DNA of 64,000 nucleotides from Octopus sinensis (Eukaryota). This document shows, piece by piece, positions 1-12,750 of this stretch (position 1 is its first letter; each line of letters opens with the position of its first letter). Where the stretch lies: contig NC_043024.1 in the NCBI RefSeq assembly GCF_006345805.1, positions 17,174,001-17,238,000 of the forward strand, in the 5' to 3' direction. Position numbers and translations under genes: made by a program. The notes under the pieces were generated by a model. The model was not told the origin of the DNA. It ran no database searches and saw nothing but the letters and a program-made list of their open reading frames with translations.

Positions 1-317
1 GCAATTGGATAAACCTCCAGAGTATCATGAAATATCTTACCGTGCTGAAAATACAAATTATCTTCTTTCTTTATTGCGATTATTAGCGTTATCATCACCA
101 TGATTATTTTCAATTTTTTTTACTTATTATTATCATTATTACCTTTATTATTAATTTTATTATTATTATTGTTATTATTATTATTGTTATTACAATCACT
201 AACGTCATAATTATTATCATCATAATCATCATTATCATCATGATCGTCATTATTGTTCTTATCAGCATCATCATCATCATCCTCATTCACATCATCATCA
301 TCGTCATTATTATTATT

Positions 318-736
318 AAGGTGGTGAGCTGGCAGAAACATTAGCGTGCCGGGTGAAATGCTTAGCAGTATTTCGTCTGCCACTACGTTCTGAGTTTAAA
401 TTTGGCGAGGTTGACTTTGCCTTTCATCCTTTCGGGGTTGATTAAATATGTACCAGTTATGCACTGGAGTCGATGTAATCCACTTAATCCATTTGTCTGT
501 CCTTGTTTGTCCTCTCTGTGTGTAGCCCCTTGTGGGCAGTAAAGAAATAAGAATCGTTAGCATGCTAGCTGAAATGCTTAGCGGTATTTTATCTTTCTTC
601 ATGTTCTGAGTTCAAATGCCACTGGGTCCGACTTTGCCTTTCATCAATAAATTAAGTACCAGTTACACACTGGGGTCAATGTAATCGATTTAATCCCTTC
701 CCCCAAGTTTCAGGCCTTGTGCTTTCAGTAGAAACA
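318..736 (+). mobile_element. SINE-A dimer (tail-1 copy 318-549 followed by tail-2 copy 550-736)
   Basis: Head ggtgagctggcagaaac-ttagc, B-box-like gagttcaaat, core gcctttcatcctttcggggtcgataaattaagtaccag; this family recurs >20 times in the window. Confidence 0.85.
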
Positions 737-785
737 ATTATTATTATTATCATCATTATCATTATTATCATCATTATCATTATTA

Positions 786-831
<46 letters not shown>

Positions 832-832
832 T

Positions 833-1030
833 GTGGTGAGCTGGCAGAATTGTTAGCACATTGGATGAAATGCTTAGTGGTGTTTCACCAATCACTACAT
901 TCTAAGTTCAAATTCCACTAAGGTCAACTTTGCCTTTCATCCCTTTGGGGTCGATAAATTAAGTACCAGCGAAAACACTGGGGTTGATGTAATCGACTAG
1001 TCCCCCTCCCCTTGTACCTATAGTAGAAGG
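833..1030 (+). mobile_element. SINE-A (tail-2)
   Basis: Same head and core as 318-736, flanked by (ATT)n. Confidence 0.8.
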
Positions 1031-1632
1031 GATTATTATTATTATTTTTATTATTTTTATTATTATTATCATTATCATCATCATCATCATCATTATTATT
1101 TGTTGTTGTATCACTACTGTAGTCATTGCAGTTCTTTGTTTTTGCAACTGTTGTTGTTGTTGTTGTATGCCTCAGCTTCTGTCAAATATTGTTGTTGCTA
1201 GTATTGTTATTAATATTGCTGCCGTCATTGTTGCTGTCGCTGTTATCAGTGTTACAATTGCTGGTGTTAACTTTACTGATGTCGTCACTTCAACTTTTTG
1301 CTTTTCAATTTAATCTTTGCCTCCTTGTTGTCGTCATCATCACCATCATCATCACCATCATCACCTCTGTTATCATTGACATCCCCATCCCCACCACCAT
1401 CAACGCCCCCATATGGCTGTTGATGTTACTTTTGCTGTTTCTGTATTCAAATTATTTTTTTCTCCTTTGTTAATTTGTATTTCCATATCTCTATTTTTTT
1501 TTTTATCTGATTAGAATTTAGAATTTTCAATAAATTTTGAGAATTACGTTTCCTTTTCAAGTATGGAATAAGAAAATAATAATAATAATAATAACAATAA
1601 CAATAATAATAATAATAATAATAATAATAAAC

Positions 1633-2181
1633 TGCCCTGATGCAGTACCAGTCAGTGGCTCTCATGGCTTCTGATCTTAACTGATTGGAAGTGTTATCAT
1701 GTACATTGTTTTGTCTTGGTATAAAAGATGGGCTACAGCAAATATTCTGCTCAATACCACAGATTTGCTTGTCAGTTGTTTGACCTTAACCTGTTGAGCA
1801 TGTCCTTATGTGGCTGACGATATGTGCATCTCTGATGAGCAGAAGTAGTCGGAGAGCATCATAGCCGTGTGTTGAGAGGGATTCTTTGGAGTTTGAATAA
1901 TTCACCTCTGGAAGCATTGGTGTTTCGTTCAACATCCTTAAGCAACCCTTATTCAGGGACCTTTTGAGCGGGATGCGCTACTAGACCAGAAGAAAATTCT
2001 AACTGGGCCCCACCTGTAAGGTCATGTGCTGTTTATCTTGATATGAGATCACCATGTTGCGCACATATAGTTGTGATGCATGTGCCTAGTGTAACCTTAT
2101 CAGACGGGTAGTCATGATGGGGTAAACTGGGCTTCGTATATTTTACCCCAGTGTCACTTTGATGACCTGCACTGCTCTCTC
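1633..2181 (+). mobile_element. ~550-bp non-autonomous element flanked by (TAA)n (TAA-element), full length
   Basis: Near-identical to the reverse complement of 42673-43227; (AAT)n on both sides. Confidence 0.85.
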
Positions 2182-2199
2182 AATTAATAATAATAATAA

Positions 2200-2688
2200 T
2201 GTACAATGTTTAGTATTGGTGTAAAAAAAATGGCTACAGTAAATATTCTGCTCAATAGCACAGATTTACTTGTCAGTTGCTTGACTTTAACCAGTTGAGC
2301 ATGTCCCTTAGTGGCTGATGATATGTGCATCTCTGATCATGAGGAGAAGTAGTGGGGGAGCATCATAGCCATGTGTTGAGAGGGATTCTTTGGGGTTTGG
2401 ATAATTCACCTTTAGAAACATGGGTGTTTCATTCAACATCTTTAAACAATCCTTATTCAGGGACCTTTTGAGTAAGATGGGCTACTCAGCCTGAAGAAAA
2501 TTCTAACTGGGTCCCACCTGCAAGGTCATGTGCTGTTTATCTTGATATGAGATCAACCTGTCGTGCACATATGGTTGTGATGCATGTGCTTGGTGTACCT
2601 TTATCAGGTGGGTAGTCATGATGGGTATGTTGGTCTTTGTATATTTTATCTCAGTGTCACTTTGATGGCATGTGCTGCTCTCTCACTC
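2200..2688 (+). mobile_element. TAA-element, 5'-truncated tandem copy
   Basis: Aligns by eye to 1700-2181; keeps the 3' end gtgtcactttgatggcatg..ctctctcactc followed by (AAT/GAT)n. Confidence 0.85.
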
Positions 2689-3327
2689 AATGATGATGAT
2701 GATGATGATAATAATAATAATAATCATGATGGAGATGATGATGATGGTCCCTTCTTTATTGGCCTCATGGTTTCAAAGAGATACATGCAAGAAAAAAGGA
2801 GCATTTCACTAGAGTTTCAAGAAAAGATCTGGAATGTAAATGGGTGGTGGTGATTGGGGGGGGGCATTGAGTGAGATGCTATGCAACATATGGAAAAATG
2901 GTTTAAGAACTTTGAAGGCTGACAGCAGGCAGCACACACACATATGCACACACCTGAAGACAGAGCTTAAATTTTGCATTTTTTAAAAGTATTTTTTGCA
3001 TTAATGCAGGCATGTAAGTAATTTATTTGTTATTGAATATAATAATATAAATTATTTACATGCTTTTAAGTTATGAAAGAATTTGTCATGATATCAGAAT
3101 TTTCTTATTGTTAAATAAAATTTCATCACACCATATCTCTGTCATTTATGACTCTATACACCCCCTTATCGCTTTCTCTCATAACCTACTATATACTCTA
3201 TGCTTTGTAGAATGATACATTAAGGAGCTTTTTTTATGAGTACTACTGGATTACTAGAATTCATATATTGTGACACACACACACACATATATTCACATAA
3301 TTGTACACAATATATACAGGTATATAT

Positions 3328-3476
3328 AGGCGTAGGAGTGGCTTGCTTACCAGCCACATGGTTCCGGGTTCAGTCCCACTGCATAGCACCTTAGGCAAAT
3401 GTCTTCTACTATAGCTTCGGGCTGACCAAAGACTTGTGAGTGGATTTGGTAGACGGAAACTGAAAGAAGCTCGTCT

Positions 3477-3515
<39 letters not shown>

Positions 3516-3736
3516 ATATGTTCGTGTGTCTATGTTTGTCTCCCCCCCCCCAACATCGCTTGACAACCGATGCTGGTGTGTTTATATCCCCATAACTTAG
3601 CAGTTCGGCAAAAGAGACCAATCGAATAAGTACTAGGCTTACAAAGAATAAGACCTGTGGTTGATTTGCTCGACTAAAGGCGGTACTCCAGCATAGCCAC
3701 AGTCAAATGACTGAAACAAGTAAAAGAGTAAAAGAG
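3328..3736 (+). mobile_element. SINE-B (tRNA head, CORE-like ccttgggcaagtgtctt motif, internal microsatellite)
   Basis: ggttcagtcccactgc...gtggatttggtagacggaaactgaaagaagc...(TA/TG)n...gtcaaatgactgaaacaagtaaaagag; about 14 copies in the window. Confidence 0.85.
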
Positions 3737-4106
3737 GCATACACACACACACACACAGATATTTGCAAGGAAATATAATTCAATAAAACAGTAATTAAAA
3801 AATTATATAATTAAAGGGAATAAAAGATGGAAGATTATTGGTGAGGGTGAGTCAATGCATTTCTTTCCTGGGGAAAAATTGCTCTGTAGAAATTATTGCT
3901 TTTTACTTCATTTAGTTGTGTTATGTTGAGTTTTCTTTCTTTTCTGTTTTTTTATCCGTTTATATTTTCCTCTGTAATTATTATTCCTTCTTCAACACAC
4001 AATGGAAGTCTGCTACTACAGGTTGGTACTCTTTGAGAATAAGGTATTTACTCATCTGTTTGCGATAAAGGGCCTTAAAATATTTCTTTCACTCTTTCCT
4101 CCCCAG

Positions 4107-4201
4107 AGTTTTGGCAGATGTTGCCCTGGAAACTGGTGCTTGTTGTTCTTTTTGCTGTTTTTGTTTTTGTTGTCCTCTTCTTCAGGACATTCACCTCTCA
4201 G
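4107..4201 (+). CDS. Candidate exon encoding a signal-anchor-like peptide MLPWKLVLVVLFAVFVFVVLFFRTFTSQ
   Basis: Strong acceptor tatttctttcactctttcctccccag (4081-4106), ATG at 4118, donor CAG|GTGTGT; no homolog recognised and the hydrophobicity could come from T-rich low complexity. Confidence 0.25.
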
Positions 4202-4515
4202 GTGTGTTTTTCTCCAACAAATATAACAACAAAACTCTCAACCCTGCATCATCAAACCTAACCCCTTTGTCTCCTCACTTCTACTGGACGCATTTCTGGT
4301 ATCGCTCCATGACCTTTGGGGGTCATTAGGATTTGCAATTCCATTTTGATGTCCCCTGACCATATGTTACTTTTCCTTGCAACACAGAACTCACCACTAA
4401 CCATTGGTCCACATCATGTCTAAAATCTCTTCATGTGTTCCTTTCATCCATGTAGTGGGGTACAATTTCATGCTATCTTTAGGTTCCATCTCCAGTTTTA
4501 CATTTACAATACATA

Positions 4516-5058
4516 ATCCTTACTATTGTAGGCACAAGGCCTGGAATTTGGAGGAGAGGGATAGTCGATTGTATTGACCCCAGTACACAACTGGTACTTA
4601 ATTTATCAACACTGTGAGGCTGAAAGGCAATGTTGACCTCAGCAGAATTTGAACTCTGAATGTAAAAGCGGACAAAATACTGCTAACAATTCTTTTCTAC
4701 TCTAAATACAAGGCCTGAAATTTTGGGGGAGGCAGCCACTCAATTAGATCGACCATGGTATGCAACTGGTACTCAATTTATTGTCCCTGAAAGGATGAAA
4801 AGCAATGATGACTTCAGTGGAATTTGAACTCAGAATGTTAAGACAAATAAAATACTGCTAACAATTCTTTTCTACTCTAAGCACAAGGCCTGAAATTTTG
4901 GGGGAGGGGCCAGTCGATTAAGTCAACCCCAGTACACAACTGGTACTTAATTTATCGTCCCTGAAAGGATGAAAAGCAAAGTCAACCGCAGTGGAATTTG
5001 AACTCTGAACGTAGAGACAGACAAAATGCCGCTAACAATTCTGCCAGGTCACCACCTT
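4516..5058 (-). mobile_element. Three head-to-tail SINE-A copies
   Basis: Three repeats of tail-2 plus core; junctions at 4688/4689 and 4863/4864. Confidence 0.85.
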
Positions 5059-5537
5059 CAAAAAAAGCTATGATACATGATGTCATAGCTGTTGGCATTT
5101 CGTAATTTCTTCTGATATATCCTGGAAAACTTGTATTACTTGACCTGAGGAAAAGTTTAATCTGCTTTCATCTTTTCATAAGCAGGGAGATATAGTTTTT
5201 CTCTTCATCTTTTTCTGGAATATTTCTTGTGGCAAAGAAATATTGGATTTTACCATTTTACAAAACTCTCCTACCGACATTTTTATTCATATGACTGTGA
5301 TAGATTTAAAAATTCTTTGGTTAGATCCAAAGATTCTGTCAAATATAGATCTAAAAATTCTGTCTATTCATTTAGTGCTGCAGGAAGATTCATCTTCACA
5401 TGGCAGTTATACCAACAGACCACAATATTAGGAATCATGTTGTTGTTGCTGTTATTACTGGTTCTGTCTTCCAAACTACTTGGACATACCCTTCTCTTAA
5501 CTCTTCCTTAAATTGTTTCTCTTCTTACACATTTAGT

Positions 5538-5945
5538 TTTCTCTCTTTCTCTTTCTCTTGTTTCAGTCATTTGACTGCGGCCATGCTGGAGCACTGCCTT
5601 TAGTCAAGCAAATCGACCCTTGAATTTATTCTTTGGAAGCCCAGTACTTGTTCTATCGGTCTTTTTTATCGACCCGCTAAGTTACGGGGATGTAAACACA
5701 CCAGCATCAGTTGTCAAGCGATGTTGGGGGGAAAAACACAGACACACAAACATATACACACACATACATATATACATATATGTGACGGGCTTCTTTCAGT
5801 TTCCATCTACCAAATACGCTCACAAGGCTTTGGTCGGCTCGAGGCTATAGTAGAAGACACTTGCCAAGGTGCCATGCAGTGGGATTGAACCTGGAACCAT
5901 GTGGTTGGTAAGCAAGCTACTTACCACACAACCACTCCTGTGCCT
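5538..5945 (-). mobile_element. SINE-B
   Basis: Reverse complement matches 3328-3736. Confidence 0.85.
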
Positions 5946-6529
5946 ATATTGCATATTTTGATTTCATGTTGGGTATTATTGGGTGGCATGGTTTGCAAAC
6001 AACTTGCACATGCAAGCGCTACCAGTCGAAAGCTCCATATATCAGAAACCTGCAAGTGTATGGAGTCATCAGGAGAGAATGCATGCCGTTTTGGCACCTA
6101 TCTCTCAACGGCATCATTGCGCACCAGCCCCCCGCTCACTGATATGAGACCCCACTTGCTTGATCAACTGGTTATCAAACGAAGCTCAGTATTCTTCTAG
6201 CTATCACTCACCACCTCTTTTTAACCAAATCCAGTGGCTTGCCTTTTCTACTGTAGTTTGGATATCATTCATGGTGGTATTTACTTTACGATGAGTTAGG
6301 CCTACCAATGACAGTTGCCTTACACTGTGTCCAACGGATCCTCTACATCCAACTTCGATTGGGGAATAATTATGAGTGGCAGCTTGTTGGAATGTGGAAG
6401 TGTGACGTGTATAATTAAAAGTTCAGAAGTTTGGGGAACTAATCCCCTTTTATCTGTTGACTACCTCCATCTTTGGTATCAAAGACAAGCCCTCCCCCAC
6501 TCCTTAGACAATTATCGCCTATCTTTAAT

Positions 6530-6930
6530 CTTTTACTTATTTCACTCATTTGACTGTGGTCATGCTGGGGCATTACCATGAAGAATTTTTAGTCAAATGA
6601 AGCGACCCAAGGACTCACGTTTGTTTTAAAGTCTGGTACTTATTGCATGAGTCCCTTTGCCGAACCATTAGATTATGGGGATATAAACAAACCAACACTG
6701 GTTGTCAGTCAGTGGTAGGGAACAAATGCAGACACAAACACACACACACACACACATAAATATATATATGATGGGCTTCTTTGAGTTTCCATCTACCAAA
6801 TCCACTCACAAGGCTTTAGTTGGTCCGAGGCTACAGTAAAAGATATTTTCCCAAGGTGCCATGCAGTGGGACTGAACCGAGAACCAAGTAGTTAGGAAGT
6901 AATCTTCTTACTAGACAACCACACCTGTGC
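6530..6930 (-). mobile_element. SINE-B (diverged)
   Basis: Reverse complement matches the SINE-B head, body and tail. Confidence 0.8.
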
Positions 6931-6989
6931 TTATGTAACCATAGTAACGTTTATAAGTAACTTTTACAATTACCTTCTTGAAAAAGGGG

Positions 6990-7232
6990 TCATCTTTTGA
7001 AAGCAGAAACAGATATTTTAACACTAGAGATATGATGTTGGTGATAATGATGAAGATGACGACAATGGTGATGATGACTTCTATGATGATAATGACGACG
7101 ATGATGATGAAGACTACGATGATGATGACGATGATGATGATGATGATAATGGTAGTGATGACTGATGATGATGACGACAACGATAACAACAATGATGATG
7201 ACGATAATGGTGGTGAGGACAGTGATGATGAT
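6990..7232. repeat. Compound (GAT/GAC/AAT)n trinucleotide tract
   Basis: Seen directly. Confidence 0.9.
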
Positions 7233-8500
7233 GGTTTCAAATTTTTGGTTGGAAAAGCCAGCAATTTAATGCATTGGAGGATTAGTCAATTACATCAGCC
7301 CCAGTGCTCAACTGGTTCTTTATTGAGGTGACCCCATAAAAAGGATGCAAAGCCAAATCAACCGTGTCAAGAATTCAACTAAGAAGAATCTGAAGACATC
7401 ACTCAAAGCATTTATTCTGGCCCTCAACAGATTTTACCCGCTTGTTGGTCTTTTTGATAAATGGTTTTGGATTTTGGCAGAAATGCCAGCAGGTTTAACG
7501 AAGCAGGTAGCAGTACTTGACTGGCATTCCATTTTATTGACCCCTAGATGGACAGAAAGTAACATTGACCTCAGTGTGATGGGAAATCAGAATGTAAAGA
7601 GCTGGTAAAAATATTGGTTTCAAATTTTGACACTAGGCCAGCAGTTTTGGAGCAGGAGGCCAAGTCGATTAAATTGACCTCAGTGCTCAACTGGTACTTA
7701 TTTTATTGACCCCAAAAGGATGAAAGGCAAAGACGACTTTGGTGGAATTTGAACTCAGAATATAAAGATGGATGAAATGCTGCTAAGCATTTCACCCAGC
7801 ATGCTAACGATTCTTTTCTACTCTAGGCACAAGGCCTGAAATTTTGGGGGATGGGGCCAGTCAAGTAGATTGACTCCAGTACACATCTGGTACTAAATTT
7901 ATTGACCCTGAAAGGATGAATGGCAAAGTCGAGCTTGGTGGAATTTGAACTCAGAACGTAACGGCAGACGAAATACCGCTAAGCATTTCACCTGGCGTGC
8001 TAGCATTTCTGCCAGCTCACCACCTTTGAGCTGATAAAATTTTTGGTTTCAAATTTCACTACAAGGCCAGCAATTTTGCGGGAGGGCAGGGAGGTGGGGT
8101 AAGTCGATTGCTTCATCCCCAGTGTTAAACTGGTACTTGTTTTACTTACCTTAAAAAGGATGAATAGCAAAGTCCACCTTGGTAGAATTTCAACTCAGAA
8201 CGTAAAGAGGGATGAAATGCTGTTAAGCATTTTGCTGAACACACTAACAATTCTGCCAGCTTGCTGCCTTAATTATAGGAAATACTGGTTTCTGATTTTG
8301 GCACAAGGCCAGCAATTTCGAGGGAGGGAGGTAAGTCAATTACATCAACCTCCCCAGTGCTCAACTGGTACTTATTTAAAATTGACCCCGAGAGGACAAA
8401 AGGCAAAGTCAACCTGGGTGGAATTTGAACTCAGAATGTAGACATAGACGAAATACTTTTAAGCATTTTGCTCATCATGCTGTTCTTCCAGCTTGTTACC
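7232..8500 (-). mobile_element. Cluster of about 6-7 SINE-A copies of different ages
   Basis: Repeated ctggtacttaatttat..gaaaggatgaaaggcaaagtc..ggaatttgaactcagaa motifs. Confidence 0.8.
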
Positions 8501-9109
8501 TTAGAGCAGGTGTAAACATCACAAGGTATTTTGTCTGACACACAAAGGATTCTGCCAGTCCACTGCCATAAGGATGATGATGATGACAACGATGAGGATG
8601 ATGACGATTGTGGTGGTGGCAGAAGGCAAAGGTGGTAACGGCAGCAGTGGTGGCAGTAGCAGCAACAGTGGTCATAACAGCAGTGGTGGCAGCAATGGCT
8701 GACTTTGCTATTGTTGTTGTTGTTTATTCATGACCAGGTGGACATAGACAGTGATTTCTGAATCAGACACAAAACACCCGTCCACTTTACCCCCACTCCA
8801 AGGGAAGTGCTGTAATTCATTAACTTTAACCCCAGTACGTGCTTAGTACCTTTGGCAGGGTTTGAACTCAGGCCGTAAAATTTGGCAATTAAACTCCCAA
8901 AAGATATTTAATCAGACTCTTCACTGTTATATCCCCTTCATATATCCATTTTAATCTACTTAACTAATGGATTATTAAAACTCACATTCCTTGCCTTTCA
9001 GCCAGATTTTCCGTAAAATCTCACAATTTTACTTTTCTTTTGGACGTTTTTTTATTTTATTGTTTTAATCAATCAGTTTTTCTCTTGTGTATAAAGTGTA
9101 TGCCCAAGT

Positions 9110-9203
9110 ACGTACATGTGTGTGTGTGTGTATGATGTATGCACACACACACACATATATATACATATATTTATATATATATGTATAAATGTATGTATAT
9201 ATG

Positions 9204-9241
<38 letters not shown>

Positions 9242-9620
9242 CATACATATATACATATATGTATTTATATATATATATGCATATATATAAATATATTTAT
9301 ATATATATATGATATACATATATTTATATGTGTATATGTATGTATATAAATATATATGTATGTATATATATGTGTGTGTATATATATATATATACACACA
9401 CAAATACAAATGTACACACACGCATATATGTATATTTTATATATATATATATATATGAATTTGTGTTTGTGTGCATATGTATCTAGATGTATTTGTATGC
9501 ATATATGTATGTATATATTTATGTATGTATGTGTATGTATAAATGTGTTTATCTACATATTTGTACACTTGGTGGTAGATTGGTTTTTGTGTGTATGTGT
9601 GTATATATGTGTGTATATTT
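9110..9620. repeat. Compound (TA)/(TG)/(TATG) microsatellite
   Basis: Seen directly. Confidence 0.9.
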
Positions 9621-10599
9621 AAATAACCAAGTACATAAGATTATGAGAGGGGCTTAACATATCTATATTTTTATTCTTTTTTCATTATTCTCAATTTTAA
9701 AGAATTCATTGAACATTTTCGAGACAACATTTGTTGTTGTTGCTTTTTCGCTTCTGTGTCCCTCCTCCCCTGTTGAACAAATTCAATCCATCCACCTGCA
9801 AGAAGATTCTTTAATTCCATCCAACCAAACTCTCTTAATTATTACAAACAAGCAACTCAGACTCTGGTCTTGTCATTCTAGCCATCAGACAGTCTTCCTG
9901 TCTGTCTGCTTATTCCCTCATCCCTCTCTTTCTCCTCCTTCTCTCTTTTTCTATCAGTCTCTTTCTTACACACTTTCTTCATCTCATTCACTGCCCAATC
10001 TCTTAATCTCACACTTAATCTGTCATCACTTTCTATTTTCCTTTCTCTCTCTCTCTCTCCCTCTCTCTCTCACTCACACACACAATTATAGACAAATGTA
10101 TATATACATACATACATATATGTACACACATACACACTCACACCTGTCTGTATATATGTCTTGCTTTTTCAGCACTTATTTCACCTTACTCAATCTCATT
10201 CTTTCACATTCCATATATCTTCTTTTCTATTTACCACATACATGCATACATGTGTGTGTATATATATATATATATATGTGTGTATATAGATATATGTTTG
10301 TATATGTGTGCATATATGTGTATGTATGTGTGTTTATATATATTTTGCATATTTGTGTACATACACATGCACACACATATATATGACTATGTAGGTATGT
10401 ATATATGTATGCATGTTTTATATGTATTATATATGTATATATAGATAGATAGATACATACATACATATAAATATGTACATATATATAAATGTATGTTTGA
10501 ACATGTTGCCTACCGTTTCCTCTCTCTCTCTCTCTCTCTCATAAAATGCTAAAACCCCGATCTCTATATTCAGATTAAAGATTTCGGACAAACTGCTCA

Positions 10600-10800
10600 A
10601 ACAACTATGCTTCATTGTCATCAACATCACCATCATCATCATCACCACCACAAGCATCATCAACTTCATTATGAACAGCAGTAGCACCACCACCACCATG
10701 TTGCTGTTGTTGTTGTTGTTCTTCGTTTTCTACTACTACTACAACTACTACGGCTGCTGCTGCTGCTACTTCTACTACTACTACTACTACCATATATATA
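10600..10800. repeat. Compound trinucleotide tract (CAT/CAC/TTG/CTA/CTG)
   Basis: Seen directly. Confidence 0.9.
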
Positions 10801-10814
10801 TATATAAATTTATA

Positions 10815-10968
10815 TACGATGGGCTTCTTTTAGTTTCCATCTACCAAATCCTCTTACAAGGCTTTGGTCAGCCCGAGGTGATAGTAGAAAACACTTGACC
10901 AAGGTGCCATACAGTGGGACTGAACCCAGAAACGTGGTTGGGAAGCAAGCTTCTTACCACACAGCCAT
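10815..10968 (-). mobile_element. SINE-B 5' half
   Basis: gggcttctt..tttccatctaccaaatcc..gggaagcaagcttcttaccacacagcc. Confidence 0.8.
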
Positions 10969-11395
10969 AACATTATGTAATATATATAACATTATGTAAT
11001 ATATATAATATGATACATATCATATATATATATATATATATATCCTGCTTCTTTTTGTTGTGATTTTATATATCCATATGCACATATAATATAAACACAC
11101 ACATATTGCACTGACTTCTCATCATATACATATTTCTTAGATACAAATTGTATATACATATATACACACCACATATACACATGTACTGATAAAGATACAC
11201 AAAAGATACATTGTGTGCGCGCGGCGTATGTGTGTGATGTTGTATATATATATAATTAAACATAGTATGTGCGTATGTATACATATGCATTTTATATAAC
11301 AACACTGAATACTTATCAGTATCCTATGTCTACATAACAATATCTTCTGAAATATTAAAATGAAGAACTCGGTGGAATCTCAGGCTGCCAATTAC

Positions 11396-11544
11396 CAATA
11401 TGATTCTGCAAAGATTATCTTCAATTGTTTGCTTGATTTGCACAAGAATCTCTTCAAGTCTCTGTTTAAACTTCAAAGTAGCTTTTGCCATTTTTTTGTT
11501 GAAATATTCATTAAATAGAATATATACTCTTTCCAAAGATAATA
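11396..11544 (-). CDS. Candidate minus-strand exon (LSLERVYILFNEYFNKKMAKATLKFKQRLEEILVQIKQTIEDNLCRIIL)
   Basis: Strong acceptor ttattttgtttatttctcttgttttctcttttccag, one open frame of 49 codons, donor TTG|GTAATT; no homolog recognised. Confidence 0.2.
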
Positions 11545-12314
11545 CTGGAAAAGAGAAAACAAGAGAAATAAACAAAATAATAATAAGACAATAACAATTG
11601 TCGGTTTTGTTTATCTTTGGTGGAATATTCAATATTTTATTTATTTGTGTGTTTTGTGTTTTGTCTTGGGAAAGTGTATATTTGAAGGTGTATATATATT
11701 CATGTGGGTGTGAGTGTATGTGAATGGGTGTCTAGCTGTGTGTATGATTGCGTATGTGATTCATCATCATCATCACCAATGCATACACAACACACACACA
11801 CATTTTTGCATATGTGTGTGCATGTGCATAAATAGGCTTCTTTCAGTTTCCATCTACCAAATCCACTCACAATTTTGATTCACCTAGGGCCATAGTAGAA
11901 ACCACTTGCCCAATGCATTATTGTAGCTAAAGTATGTGCCACGTAGTGCAGCCCTTCCATTTACCCCCCCCCCCCCCCCGGACCCCTCAAAGAACACATA
12001 CAGCAGACCCAAAAGTGGTGCCCCTTTAAAAGTGCCCTTACTGCTCTCCCCACACAGCTATGCTAGTAGTGCCTTGCTGTGAGATTGAACTTCAAACTGT
12101 GTATTTGGAAAGCAAAATTGTATTTTACACATTCACGCCTATTTCCTCAAGTGCAGTATGATTTCAATGATAATGTGACTCTCCACCCGACCACCACCAT
12201 TTATCTCCCCACATCTGTAGTTTATCTCCTCATCATTTGGTTTCACTCCATCTTAATGTGATTCACCAACTTTGATCCGGATGCTTTGTGTTGAATCTTT
12301 TGAATTATACATAG

Positions 12315-12750
12315 GCATAGACAGAGCTGCGTAGTAGAAGAAGCTTGCTTCCCAACCACATGGTTCCAGGTTCAGTCCCACTGCATGGTACCTTAGGCAA
12401 GTGTCTTCTACAATAGCCTTAGGCTGACCAAAGTCTTGTGAGTGGTTTTAGCTGATGGAAACTGAAAGAAGCCCTTTGTATATTTATATATGCATGTATG
12501 TCTGTGTCTTTGTGTCTGTTACTCTGTTTCTGTGACTTTGTGTCTGTGTTTGTCCTCCACCCACTTGACAACTGGTGTTTGTTTATTTAAATCCCTGAAA
12601 CTTAGCTTTTCAGTAAAAAGCGATTGATAGAATAAATACCAGGCTTTTAGAAAACAAAGTCCTGGGGTCAATCCATTCAACTAAAAATTCTTCAAGGCAG
12701 TGCCCCAGCATGACCACAGTCTAATGATTGAAAGAGATGAAAAATAAAAG
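12315..12750 (+). mobile_element. SINE-B
   Basis: Head, CORE-like motif and tail all present. Confidence 0.8.

Noticed and set aside
1660-1700. 5S rRNA-like stretch (gatcttaactgattggaag) near the TAA-element 5' end
   Set aside because: Similarity is short and the rest of the 5S sequence and internal promoter are not recognisable
5290-5375. DLKIL/DPKIL/DLKIL peptide repeat in ORF 5243-5431
   Set aside because: Short decayed tandem duplication; no splice or homology support
6025-6073. Minus-strand CTGATGA followed by a CTCCATA/TATGGAG stem
   Set aside because: The stem is followed by CTTTC rather than GAAA, so the hammerhead core is incomplete
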